Shown here piece by piece: positions 1 through 9,900 of a stretch of DNA of 64,000 bases (positions within the stretch are counted from its first letter, which is position 1; each line of letters starts with the position of its first letter). The notes beneath the pieces are model-generated. The model did not search any database and was not told the DNA's origin. It worked only from the letters and a program-made list of their open reading frames with translations. This stretch comes from Candidatus Pacearchaeota archaeon (GTDB lineage Archaea > Nanobdellota > Nanobdellia > Pacearchaeales > GW2011-AR1). The translations under genes and the position numbers were made by a program. The stretch covers positions 425,292 through 489,291 of the forward strand of contig JBAZXH010000001.1 of assembly GCA_041659945.1 (NCBI GenBank), in the 5' to 3' direction.

Positions 1-213
1 AGAAGAGGTGAAGAAGATTTTCTTGATGAAGGCGGTAACCATATAAAAAGAATAAATGGTTATTGTAAATTCCTTAATTTTAATAATGGAATTAGTTCTT
101 GTAGTATAGAGGATACTAAACCTGGAATTTGTAGAAAATTTCCATCTAAAAAATGGTCTATTTTTAAGACAGTTGATCCTAGGTGTCAGTCTTTTTGTAG
201 AAGATTGTGGTAG
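1..213 (+). CDS. C-terminal fragment of a cysteine-cluster (YkgJ-like) protein; the 5' end lies outside the window
   Basis: Frame-1 ORF is open from position 1 to the TAG at 211-213. The Cys-rich tail (CKFLNF..CSIED..CRKFP..CQSFC) resembles the CxxCxxCC cluster protein at 14218..14490. Confidence 0.35.
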   Translation, partial: RRGEEDFLDEGGNHIKRINGYCKFLNFNNGISSCSIEDTKPGICRKFPSKKWSIFKTVDPRCQSFCRRLW

Positions 214-265
214 GGTTTTTGGTTTAATGAGAAACACTTAAAAATCTATTTGTAGTGGTTAAATT

Positions 266-1984
266 ATGTTTATTGTAAAAAAGAATATTTCTGGTCATGA
301 ATACTTTTATATTCGAGAAAGTGTTCGTGATAAGGAAACTGGTAAGATTAAATCAAAAACTGTTTGTTATGCTGGTAAAAGTTTGGAAGATGCTAATAAA
401 AAGTTGCTTGAGTTAAAGGAAAAAGATATCACAATAAATGATATAAATGATGAAAATTCTCAAGAAAACATGACAAATGATACAAATGAGGAGGTTGAAA
501 GTCAGGAAACTAAGGACAAAAAAAAGTCTTTAACTATTGAGGAACTTTCGCAGTTTTGTAAGGCTAAAGGCTTTGTTTTTAGGTCTAGTGATATTTATGG
601 AGGTTTATCAGGATTTTGGGATTTTGGACCTCTTGGAGTTGAGTTATTTAATAATATTAAACAAGATTGGTGGAGTTATTTTGTTAAAAAAAGAGATAAT
701 ATGGTGGGAATTGAAGCAAGCATAATTTCTCATCCTAGAACTTGGAAAGCTTCGGGGCATATAGCAAACTTTAATGATGTGGCAGTTATATGTAAGAAAT
801 GTTCAAAGGCCACAAAGTTGGATAAGAGTGAAGTTGGCAGAGTTAGGTGTGATTGTGGAGGAGAATATGATGTTAAGGGAGAGTTTAGTTTGATGTTTAA
901 AACTTCTATTGGCGCATTAAATCCGGTGGATGCTTATTTGAGAGGAGAAACTGCTCAGGGAATGTTTTTAGATTTTAAACTTGTGCAACAAACTTCTCGT
1001 ATGCAGCTGCCATTTGGGATTGCCCAAATTGGAAGGTGTTTTAGAAATGAGATAGCTCCTAGAGATTTTTTATTTAGAAGTAGAGAGTTTAATATTGGTG
1101 AGTTTGAATTTTTTATTAATCCTCAGGAAAAAGAATGCAACCTCCTTGAAAATAAACATCTTCACTTGAAATTTAAAATTCTTGATGAGGAAACTCAAAA
1201 TGTTGGCAAAGATGATTTGAAAGAAGTTTTAATAAAAGACATTTTGACAAAGGGAAAATTAGAAGAGTGGCATGCTTATTGGTTAGCTGAGCAGATTTTA
1301 TGGTTAAGAGGTTTAGGACTAAATGAGATTAAAATAAGAGAACATAGAAAAGATGAACTTTCTCACTACAGCTCGGCTACATTTGATGTGGATTATGAAT
1401 ACCCTTTTGGTTCTAGTGAACTTGGAGGAATTGCAAACCGCGGCCAGTATGATTTGGGTCAACATCAAAAGGAAAGTGGTGAAAGTATGGAACTTTTTGA
1501 TGAAAAATATGGGAAAAAGGTTATTGCTAAGGTTATTGAACCGACATTTGGTATGGAAAGAGTCTTTTTAGCTATTTTAACTAAATCTTATCATTATGAT
1601 CCAAAAAGAGATTATGTTGTTATGAAAATTCCTGCTAAGCTTGCACCAATTAAGGCAGCAGTTTTTCCAATAGTCAAAACTCCTGAATATGAAAAGATAG
1701 CACGAGATATTGTTGATGATTTAAGAGAGGAGTTTAATGTGGTATATGACAAATCTGGGAGTATTGGTCGTCGCTATGCAAGAAATGATGAGATTGGGAC
1801 ACCTTTGTGTATAACAATTGATGAAGATAGCCCTAAAAATGATACTTGCACGATTAGAGATAGAGATTCTACTAAACAAGTTAGAGTAAAAATTTCTGAA
1901 TTAAGAGAGGTTGTTAGAAAAGTTATCAAAGGAGAGAGCATACTTAATCTTGGTAAGCTGGTTGAAACAAGAGTGAAAGAATAA
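266..1984 (+). CDS. glyS: glycyl-tRNA synthetase, archaeal/eukaryotic dimeric type, with an N-terminal extension of about 95 aa
   Basis: Class II motifs are present. The core begins with FRSSDIYGGLSGFWDFGPLG and contains FRNEIAPRDFLFRSREF and the C-terminal anticodon-binding region. Residues 1-95 have no counterpart in canonical GlyRS. Confidence 0.9.
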   Translation: MFIVKKNISGHEYFYIRESVRDKETGKIKSKTVCYAGKSLEDANKKLLELKEKDITINDINDENSQENMTNDTNEEVESQETKDKKKSLTIEELSQFCKAKGFVFRSSDIYGGLSGFWDFGPLGVELFNNIKQDWWSYFVKKRDNMVGIEASIISHPRTWKASGHIANFNDVAVICKKCSKATKLDKSEVGRVRCDCGGEYDVKGEFSLMFKTSIGALNPVDAYLRGETAQGMFLDFKLVQQTSRMQLPFGIAQIGRCFRNEIAPRDFLFRSREFNIGEFEFFINPQEKECNLLENKHLHLKFKILDEETQNVGKDDLKEVLIKDILTKGKLEEWHAYWLAEQILWLRGLGLNEIKIREHRKDELSHYSSATFDVDYEYPFGSSELGGIANRGQYDLGQHQKESGESMELFDEKYGKKVIAKVIEPTFGMERVFLAILTKSYHYDPKRDYVVMKIPAKLAPIKAAVFPIVKTPEYEKIARDIVDDLREEFNVVYDKSGSIGRRYARNDEIGTPLCITIDEDSPKNDTCTIRDRDSTKQVRVKISELREVVRKVIKGESILNLGKLVETRVKE

Positions 1985-2452
1985 AAAAATAGAATAAGAT
2001 TTCTTATAAAAAAATAAAAAGTAAAAAACAAAAGTTTTTTTTGTTAAAAATAAATCAATTTTGATTTTAGATCATGAATATGACTTATTCTTATAGTCTT
2101 TTCTTTTTCTTAGCCATTTTGGTTTTTATTAACCCTCCTTAAGTATAATAAGGATTGTATTTGTTATGATTTGATTATATGTTTTTGTATCCACTATAAT
2201 CTAATCTATGGTATTTGATAGTATATTTTGTTTATAAATCTTTCTAAAAAATTAAATTTTCTAAAAAATTAAATTTTTTTGTTTATTTTTTTTCGACGAG
2301 AAAATATTTTCTGATTTTTATGAATAATATTTTTTACTTTTTTTAACAAAAAATTGATAAAATGGACCTGCCGACTTAAAGAATTTTTCCACCCGAATGA
2401 ATTCTTAAGGTCGTCAGTTCCTATCAACTTCATTTCATTCAGTTGATTTAAA

Positions 2453-2525
2453 TGGACCTGCCGAGAATCGAACTCAGATCCCCCGACTGCCAGCCGGATA
2501 TAATAAACCGTTATACTACAGGCCC
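2453..2525 (-). tRNA. tRNA-Ala (anticodon GGC); CCA not encoded
   Basis: The minus strand reads GGGCCTGTAGTATAACGG...CCGGCTGGCAGTCGG...CTGAGTTCGATTCTCGGCAGGTCCA. It has a 7-bp acceptor stem with a G3:U70 pair, which is the alanine identity element. The T-loop is TTCGATT and the anticodon loop is CTGGCAG. Confidence 0.85.
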
Positions 2526-2526
2526 A

Positions 2527-3135
2527 CTAAACTTTTGAATTAATTGTTTTTATCTGACTATTTAAAGAAAGATCATTTTTTAAGAGTTTGTAATCGCTTT
2601 TGATTATTTTTGATTTACTCTTTTCTATGTTTACTAAGGTTATTTTGTCTTTTGTTGTTGCTGTTGCAAGTATTAGTATGAAAGAATGGATGGTTTTATT
2701 GTTCTTTTTTAGGTGTTCTAGAGAAACTGAATTTATCTTCTTTAGTTTAGCAGTTATGTTAAACTTATCTTTCATTATTCTTTTTACACTTTCTTCAATG
2801 GATTCTCCAACAAGAAGTCTGCCTCCGGGAAGGGAAAGCAGATCTTTGTAGGGACGTTTATTTCTTTTATAGAGAAATGTTTCTTTGTTATTTCCTATGT
2901 TTATTAGGATGGAACAGAGGGTTGTTTGTTTTTCTGAAAGATATGGAATTATTTTTTCTGATTTTTCACTTAAACTATAAATTTCTTTTTCTTTGATTAG
3001 TATGCCTTTCTTAATTAGATTTTGGATATGATATGCTAGTTTATTTGAACGAATCTTTAGTTTTTTCTCTATTTCGTTAAATTTTAGCTTGTGATTATAT
3101 AGATAAAGTTCGAGGATTTTTGTTTCTTCATTCAT
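2527..3135 (-). CDS. winged-HTH transcriptional regulator fused to a degenerate Nudix domain, NrtR-like but in reversed domain order
   Basis: An N-terminal wHTH is followed by LPGGRLLVGESIEESVKRIM, which has Gx5E and R but lacks the REUxEE glutamates. It is divergently transcribed from the Nudix hydrolase at 3197. Confidence 0.55.
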   Translation of the reverse strand: MNEETKILELYLYNHKLKFNEIEKKLKIRSNKLAYHIQNLIKKGILIKEKEIYSLSEKSEKIIPYLSEKQTTLCSILINIGNNKETFLYKRNKRPYKDLLSLPGGRLLVGESIEESVKRIMKDKFNITAKLKKINSVSLEHLKKNNKTIHSFILILATATTKDKITLVNIEKSKSKIIKSDYKLLKNDLSLNSQIKTINSKV

Positions 3136-3196
3136 TTTGTTATTTAGTCAACTTTTTTGAGGAACTATTTAAATATAATTGTGCTATGATTTTTTT

Positions 3197-3709
3197 ATGA
3201 ATTACAGTAAAAATCACCTACATTATATTGTTGTAACGGGTATACTTGTTCACGAGGGGAAGTATTTAATTACTAAACGGGCTGATTGGGAAAAGGCATT
3301 TCCTGGAAGATGGACAGTGCCGGGAGGGAAGCTGGAAGTTCTTGATTATGTTCTGAGAGAAAAGGATACTCAACATCATTGGTATAATGTATTTGAAGAT
3401 CTCCTTAGGAGGGAAATTATGGAAGAGGCTGGGTTGGAAATAAAGAACATTGGATATGTGACTAGCATGGTTTACATTAGAGAAGATAAGATTCCGTGTT
3501 TGATTGTTAGTTTGTTTGCAGAACCAAAAGAAGATGAACCTGTTGTTAGACTGTGTAATGCCTTGACTGAATATGCTTGGGTGGATTTAGAGCAGGCTAA
3601 GGATTATGATCTAATTGACGGAATTTATGATGAGCTTGTTATTTTGGACAATTTTCTAAAGGGCAAGCAAAATATGGTTTGGGAAAGAAAGAACAAGAAG
3701 GTTAAATAG
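3197..3709 (+). CDS. Nudix hydrolase
   Basis: A canonical Nudix box is present: GGKLEVLDYVLREKD...LLRREIMEEAGLEI. The track ORF begins at a TTG at 3179, and the first in-frame ATG is at 3197. Confidence 0.8.
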   Translation: MNYSKNHLHYIVVTGILVHEGKYLITKRADWEKAFPGRWTVPGGKLEVLDYVLREKDTQHHWYNVFEDLLRREIMEEAGLEIKNIGYVTSMVYIREDKIPCLIVSLFAEPKEDEPVVRLCNALTEYAWVDLEQAKDYDLIDGIYDELVILDNFLKGKQNMVWERKNKKVK

Positions 3710-3750
3710 TATACAGTAAAAATTATAAACTCTTTTTTAAGTTTATAATC

Positions 3751-4104
3751 ATGGTTAATGATGATAACTGCGTGTTTTGTAAAATGATTAGAGGAGAAAT
3801 TTCTGTGAACTTTATTTATGAAAGTGATAATTTTCTTGCTTTTCCTGATGCAAACCCAAAGGTTGAGGGGCATACTTTACTTATTCCAAAAGACCATTTT
3901 GTTAATTTAATGGATTTACCTGAAAGTTTAGGAAGAGAATTACTTGAAGGAATTAAAGCTGTTGCAGAGATGAGATTAAAAGAGGGTTTTGGAGGTTTTA
4001 ATATTGTTTGTAATAATTTCTCTGCTGCTGGACAAATGGTGATGCATTCACATGTACATATTTTACCAAGAAAAAAGAATGATGGTTTTGATTTAGTTTT
4101 GTAA
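3751..4104 (+). CDS. HIT-family (histidine triad) nucleotide hydrolase
   Basis: An N-terminal CVFC zinc motif and the HIT signature HSHVHILPR are present. Confidence 0.85.
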   Translation: MVNDDNCVFCKMIRGEISVNFIYESDNFLAFPDANPKVEGHTLLIPKDHFVNLMDLPESLGRELLEGIKAVAEMRLKEGFGGFNIVCNNFSAAGQMVMHSHVHILPRKKNDGFDLVL

Positions 4105-4144
4105 TTTATGTAATATTTATATACTTATTTTTAATTTATTAAGT

Positions 4145-4708
4145 ATGGTGAAACAAATAAAGAATTTTTTGATTTACATTATTGTTGCACTGGTGTTTTT
4201 TGCAGTTATGGAATTTATGTTTTCAGTTCTTATAAGAGGAGATCTTTCTAACTTCTTTGGAAGTATTGTTTTTAATTTGGTTTTTGTTATTTTTGTGTTT
4301 TTTTCAAGTAAGCTTATTGACCTGGCTTTTAGAAAATCTTGGGTTGCAGATGTTGTGGTTTATTTTGTCTATGGTTTTGTCGGTTTGATGATTGAGTGGT
4401 TTATTATTGGTAATTCTCCGTGGCAAAATCCTCTTGCTAGTCAGGTTACAATGTTTTCATACTGGGCAGGTGCAATTATTATGGCAAGAATATTTACAGA
4501 TGACAGCAAGAAATTAAAAAGTCTAAAAAGGGGAACTTTATTGTTTTTTGTTCCCTATGCTTTTATTTCAATAGCTGCAGGATTTTTAATTGTAAACTAT
4601 GAATGGCGTTTTGCAGTGTTGATTTGGTTAGCTATTATTGGGTATGATTTAATGAATATTTTTTATCTTTGGTATTTTGTTAAGAAATATAGGGAGAAAA
4701 AAAGCTAA
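4145..4708 (+). CDS. integral membrane protein, hypothetical
   Basis: It has 5-6 hydrophobic helices and no recognisable motif. Confidence 0.45.
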   Translation: MVKQIKNFLIYIIVALVFFAVMEFMFSVLIRGDLSNFFGSIVFNLVFVIFVFFSSKLIDLAFRKSWVADVVVYFVYGFVGLMIEWFIIGNSPWQNPLASQVTMFSYWAGAIIMARIFTDDSKKLKSLKRGTLLFFVPYAFISIAAGFLIVNYEWRFAVLIWLAIIGYDLMNIFYLWYFVKKYREKKS

Positions 4709-4709
4709 A

Positions 4710-4781
4710 TGGCTATGAAGGGAATTGAACCCTCGACCTCTGCCTTATGAGAGCAGCGTTCTACCACTGAACTACATAGCC
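4710..4781 (-). tRNA. tRNA-Met (CAT); likely elongator Met, or Ile2 if the anticodon is agmatinylated
   Basis: The minus strand reads GGCTATGTAGTTCAGTGGTAGAACGCTGCTCTCATAAGGCAGAGGTCGAGGGTTCAATTCCCTTCATAGCCA. It has a GG-containing D-loop, the anticodon loop CTCATAA and the T-loop TTCAATT. The acceptor stem does not look like an initiator. Confidence 0.85.
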
Positions 4782-4854
4782 ATATAAAAACCAGATTTAC
4801 TTCATTTAAAAAGCTTCTCACAACGTTTTTAAATTCTGTTTATCTAATATTAAC

Positions 4855-5091
4855 ATGGCTGATTTAAATGGGGTGATATCTACTTTGCCAAGTGGCGTCA
4901 CTGGATTTGTTAATTGGGCAGTTATTGGTTTTAAGATTTTTCTAGGGTTAGTTGTGCTATATTTTGTATTTAAGCTGGTAGGTCTATTTTTAAATTATAG
5001 AAAGAATAGAATGATTAAAGAAGTTTTAACCAATGTTAAGGAGATTAATAGTAAGCTAGGGAAACGAAGTAAGGAAGATAAAAATAAGTAA
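4855..5091 (+). CDS. small membrane protein, hypothetical
   Basis: It has one hydrophobic helix and a basic C-terminus. Confidence 0.3.
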   Translation: MADLNGVISTLPSGVTGFVNWAVIGFKIFLGLVVLYFVFKLVGLFLNYRKNRMIKEVLTNVKEINSKLGKRSKEDKNK

Positions 5092-5092
5092 A

Positions 5093-5404
5093 TTATTTGC
5101 TTAAGGTTATTTCAATTGAAGAAACATTAATTTTTTCACCTTTATCATTTGTAAAGTCTTCTGTACCTATTTTAATGTCATTTTGCTTTACAAATTCTTC
5201 TTTTTCATTTATCCTTTTTCGGGTAACCTCTGCAATGTCCACGGCCTTGGATATAAATTTACCACGAGCTTTTATTAAAGCTGAACCATCTTGTTTTAGC
5301 TGCATTATTGATGCAATCACATATTTCATCAGAGGTTTATTACCTACTAATATTTCTCTTGGTTTGATTGTTTTAATTTCTTTAGAATCACTCTTTTTAC
5401 TCAT
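5093..5404 (-). CDS. albA: Alba (Sso10b) chromatin/RNA-binding protein
   Basis: The sequence KPREILVGNKPLMKYVIASIMQL...ALIKARGKFISKAVDIAEV matches the Alba fold family, and the length (about 100 aa) fits. Confidence 0.8.
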   Translation of the reverse strand: MSKKSDSKEIKTIKPREILVGNKPLMKYVIASIMQLKQDGSALIKARGKFISKAVDIAEVTRKRINEKEEFVKQNDIKIGTEDFTNDKGEKINVSSIEITLSK

Positions 5405-5615
5405 TTTGCTCTACTCTTTTTCTAGCTTTTGGTACTTGACCGGCTCTTTTTAATCTTACAATATACCCTGAGACTTTATTTCTAGTACCTTTATCAGGCA
5501 TTACATATTCTTCTAAAAATTTCTTGTTCTCATCAAAATTTGTTGAGCATCGAGAGTCGTCTCTAACAAGGCTTTTTGCTGTTCTTTTTATAAGGCCTGA
5601 CTTTATTCTTCCCAT
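5397..5615 (-). CDS. rps17e: ribosomal protein S17e
   Basis: MGRIKSGLIKRTAKSLVR...NKVSGYIVRLKR matches the S17e N-terminus. The track ORF starts two codons upstream at a TTG at 5621. Confidence 0.8.
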   Translation of the reverse strand: MGRIKSGLIKRTAKSLVRDDSRCSTNFDENKKFLEEYVMPDKGTRNKVSGYIVRLKRAGQVPKARKRVEQNE

Positions 5616-5719
5616 ATACAAGTTAAACAGGGTGCTTTTTTAAAGATTTCTGTTCTTTTTTATAAGTTTTATTTACTCCCAGGGACAACTTTTAAATAAG
5701 CAATTGGAGTGTTATATTC

Positions 5720-6304
5720 ATGGTAGCTAGAAAAAAAGCAAAATTGAAGACTAGAAAGGTCGTTGGAGAGAAAAATAGCCCTAGAAAAGAAAAGGTAAAA
5801 GCAGTTTTTAGTGGTGAAGAGGTTCTGAGTAGTGCAAAGGAAGCTAGGGATTTGTATAGCCAGAGTTATTTTGGAGAGTATATTAATGGGAAAATACACT
5901 ATGCTTTGGTTGAGGCTTTGTATTTAGTTGACCGTGAGAAGCTGGAAGTTTTTGTTAAAACTAAAAAGTTGAATTTTGATGGTTTGATGAATAAATGCAA
6001 GTCGCTTGATAGTAAAATTTTGATTAAGTTCTTAGTTTATAGGGATTTGAGAAATAGAGGATATTTATTGAAAACTGCTTTGAAGTTTGGTGCTGATTTT
6101 AGGGTTTATGAAAAAGGTTCAAAGATTGGTAAGGAACACTCAAAGTGGTTGCTGTATTGTGTTAGTGAAGCGGGTGAATTAACTTGGCATGATTTTTCTG
6201 CAAAAAATAGAGTTGCACATTCAACAAACAAGAATTTGCTGGTTTCAGTTGTGGATAATGAAGGCGGAATAACCTACTATGAGATTAGGTGGATTAGACC
6301 TTAG
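5720..6304 (+). CDS. endA: tRNA-splicing endonuclease
   Basis: The catalytic region FGADFRVYEKG...HSKWLL matches the archaeal EndA family. It is adjacent to Alba and S17e, as in many archaea. Confidence 0.75.
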   Translation: MVARKKAKLKTRKVVGEKNSPRKEKVKAVFSGEEVLSSAKEARDLYSQSYFGEYINGKIHYALVEALYLVDREKLEVFVKTKKLNFDGLMNKCKSLDSKILIKFLVYRDLRNRGYLLKTALKFGADFRVYEKGSKIGKEHSKWLLYCVSEAGELTWHDFSAKNRVAHSTNKNLLVSVVDNEGGITYYEIRWIRP

Positions 6305-6351
6305 TTTTTTAGTATAATTAAATTTATATAATTCTTGTTTTACATTTTTTT

Positions 6352-6918
6352 ATGACGGATGAAATAGAAAGAAGAATAAGCCTTTTTGATCTTGATGGAA
6401 CCTTGTGTGATCATGATTTGGGTTTATTTACAGAATTAGAAAGACTTAGATCTTCTGATGAACCAGTTGTTCATTCAATTCGAGATAATGTTCCGGATTA
6501 TGTTAAAGCTAGAGCTGATTTAATAAGAGCCTCTGAAGATTGGTGGGCAAATCTTCCTAAATTTCAGTTAGGCTGGGATGTTTTAGGAGTTGCACGTGAA
6601 TTAGAATATAGAATAATGATTCTTACTCAAGGTCCTAGAAATAAACCTCTTGCTTGGTCTGGAAAGCTAAGATGGATTGATACTAACCTTGGTAAGAATG
6701 TTGACGTTACAATTACAAGAGATAAGGGTTTAGTTTATGGAAAGGTGCTTGTGGATGATTATCCCGGTTATGTTGAAAGCTGGTTAAGATGGAGAAAAAA
6801 TGGGTTAGTTATTATGCCGGCAAATGAAGAAAATCGTGGATATAAACATCCTCAAATTATAAGATATGATGGTACTAATTTAGATCAGGTAAGAGAAGCA
6901 ATGAGTAGGATAAAATAA
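6352..6918 (+). CDS. HAD-superfamily 5'(3')-deoxyribonucleotidase-like protein
   Basis: HAD motif I (FDLDGTLCD) and motif IV (VLVDD) are present, and the size is typical of NT5C-like nucleotidases. The amino-acid composition is atypical for this genome. Confidence 0.5.
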   Translation: MTDEIERRISLFDLDGTLCDHDLGLFTELERLRSSDEPVVHSIRDNVPDYVKARADLIRASEDWWANLPKFQLGWDVLGVARELEYRIMILTQGPRNKPLAWSGKLRWIDTNLGKNVDVTITRDKGLVYGKVLVDDYPGYVESWLRWRKNGLVIMPANEENRGYKHPQIIRYDGTNLDQVREAMSRIK

Positions 6919-9900
6919 TTATTTTTTTAAATAATCATCCAAGTTATGTTTTAATATCATAATTTCTTTGGTTGACTTTACAAATTCATGCTTGATTAGG
7001 AGGTAGTCTTTTTTTAGTTCGTTTACCATTCTTTTATCTAATTTAATAAGCCATCCGTGAATTTTTCCCTGTTTATGGTTGAGATAAACTTTTTTTACTT
7101 CTCCAATTCTATAACCATCTAAACTGTAAACATGCTTTCCTTCTATACTCTTTAGGGAAGCATGTTTGCCAATATATTTTAGCTCTTTATGAACTTCTTC
7201 ATTTAGATTTAACTTTGATTTATGTATTTTACTAGATAATCTTGCTATGAAGCTATGTAACTTAGAAAATTTTATTTTGTGCTTTTTTTCTTCCTTATTT
7301 TTATGAGAACATTTTTTATTTTTACTTATTTGGATTATTATTAATGTTATAATGATTATTAATAAGATTATTACTGCGACTCCAATTATTACTAATAAAT
7401 TTCTTTCTGATATTTTATTTATTATTTCAGATTCTTGAGTTTCATTAGATTTTTTGTTATTCTCAGCTTCTAATTCATCATCTATGTCACAGATACTGTT
7501 GTTATTTCTGTCAAGACAACATTCTTTTCCGTATCTAATATAAGGTATATTGCAGATAATTTCATCAGTTGTTTTGCCCGTTACTTTTGCAGTAGTTGTT
7601 TTATCAATTTTTTCAAGGCTGTAATCAACAGTTCCATTTTTTATTCCATTTAGTTTAACTTTAATGTCGTAAAATCCGTCATTGTTAACATCTACTTTTT
7701 TAGTTTCACCAATACTCATTGTAATAGTAATTGGATTTGAATAGATTATGAATGTAACTGAATTATTGATTATAGATTTTATTTCGATAGTGTGTCCAGT
7801 AGATCCATCTAGTGTGAATGTTTTGCTTTTTTCTTGTGATCCACTAAATGTTGCTGTACTTTTTAATGTAAAGTCAACATCAAATTGATTTGTCCCACTT
7901 ACTCCATTGTTTCCATTACTGCTTCCACCACTTCCACCTCCTGAACCGCCCCCATTACCATTGCCCCCACCATTATCTCCTTCTGATGTAACACTAAAAC
8001 TATCATAAGAAGTTGCAGTTCCTCCTGCCCAAGTTACTAGAGCTCTAAGTCGGTAGGTTCCAGCACTAGAAGGGGCAGTTAATGTTGCAGTTAAATCAGA
8101 GGTTCCAGAAGCAGCAACATAAATTGTCTGTTGCCCGGATGAATAATTAGTGTTTTCATTTTCACTTGTAATCCAGTAATCTATTACAAAGTCCTGACCC
8201 ACATCTAAATTTTGATTTTCAACAGTTATAATTGTATTAAAACTTGTGGATGCAACTACTGAACTTGGTGCAGCAACGATTGCATCTGCAGGACCTCCAA
8301 ACCCTGGAATTCTTACATTTATTTGATTTGATGAGTAAGTTATTGAATTTACTGTAGCTGTTGTTTTTACAAAAAGTTTATTACTGTTTGAAGCTGCTTT
8401 GTCTATAAGTACTGAATTTGAATAATTGTAATTTTGTGTTTTATTTAGATTAATTGTCGTGCTTATACCTAAATCGCTGTCTATTAAAGCTATATTTGAT
8501 AGGTCAATTCCTCCAGAATTAACAATTTCAATAGAGATAGTATAATTTACGCTTGTTGAATTTTCAGAATTATAATAAACATTCTTAACAAGAGTTAATT
8601 GTTGTCCGAGTTCTTGGTTTGGAATAGTTATATTTATTGAATTTGAATTTGATGAGATTTGATTTGAGGAATATGAATTTATTCCAAAGGCTTGTGCATA
8701 TGACAAGGTATAATAGTAATTTGTTGAGTTTCTTGTGAAGTTTTTTATATAACTCATTTCAGTAGAAGAATTAGCTGAAATTGTTCCGATATCATAAGGA
8801 GAGTTTATAGAATCTGTATCGGTAATATTTGTGTTTGTAACATCACTACCCCCTTTGTTTGTTAATCTTAAAGTGATATTGTAACTTATTATTGAATTTG
8901 ATATGTTGTGTATTGTTGCTATTTTATCTAGAACTAAAGATGCTGAACTGCCTATTTGAAAAGTATCTTGACATGTTTCATTATAACCTCTATAATTTGC
9001 TGTCGCATTTAGAATGTAACTACCAACTGCAAGAGTTGAAAAAGTTGTTTTAAATCCTCCATCACTTGTTGTTGTGAGATTTTTATTTGCATCTAGATTG
9101 TTATCTGAATCATAAATGCTTAGATTAATTTGATAATTTGGGACAGTGATTGTTTCGTTATATATGGTTCCTTGAACTAAAACTAAAGCATTTTGTTGAT
9201 ATGAGCCTCCAGTTTCGCAACTAATGCTAAAGTTTGTTAGATTAAAATAAAAAAAGTAGTTTGTTGAATTTGCTCTTTCATCACCCGCGATAGCTGTCCA
9301 GTTATATTTTCCTGAACTTGTTACGGACCAGTTATATACTGTATTTGTTCCATTTGTCTGATTATAAGATGTATTTAATAGTGTATATGTTCCATTTGGG
9401 TATCCTCCATAAAACCAAATAGTTGAATTATCTAGATTAACATCATAAAAGGTTACGTTTAGTATTATTGAATTTTTTTTATTTAATACAGTATTGTTTG
9501 TTGGAGATGTTAGGTTGATTGTCGGAGCAGTATTTGATTGTAGCAATATTGTTCTATTTGTCCCCCAATTAAAATTTCCTAAACTGTCGTAAGCTAGACA
9601 GTTCCAGGTATAACTTCCAACACTTAGATTTAGTGTCCAATTTGCATTAGCACTTGTTCCGGTTATATTTTTTGTTTGATTTAATACAAAATTGTTATTA
9701 GAACTATTTGTGAGGTATAAACTTATGTTTTTTAAAGCAAGGTTATCATCTGCAGAACAATTAAAAGAGATATTTAATGCATTAACTATTGTGTTTGTAT
9801 AATTTTCTTGTGGAGAGTTTAGAGTTATACCTGGAGAGACACTATCTTTGTAAAAACTAACTTTACTTGAATTAACATTATTTAGAGTGTCGTTACAATA

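Noticed and set aside
2243-2278. The tandem 18-bp AT-rich repeat (tctaaaaaattaaatttt x2) upstream of the tRNA-Ala trailer.
   Set aside because: It is a two-copy low-complexity AT repeat in AT-rich promoter DNA and is not distinctive enough to call a feature.
2363-2452. Whether there is a second, intron-containing or split tRNA gene downstream of tRNA-Ala.
   Set aside because: The downstream segment has only the acceptor/T-stem 3' strand copy and two simple hairpins. It has no D-arm, anticodon arm or T-loop, so it is not a complete tRNA.
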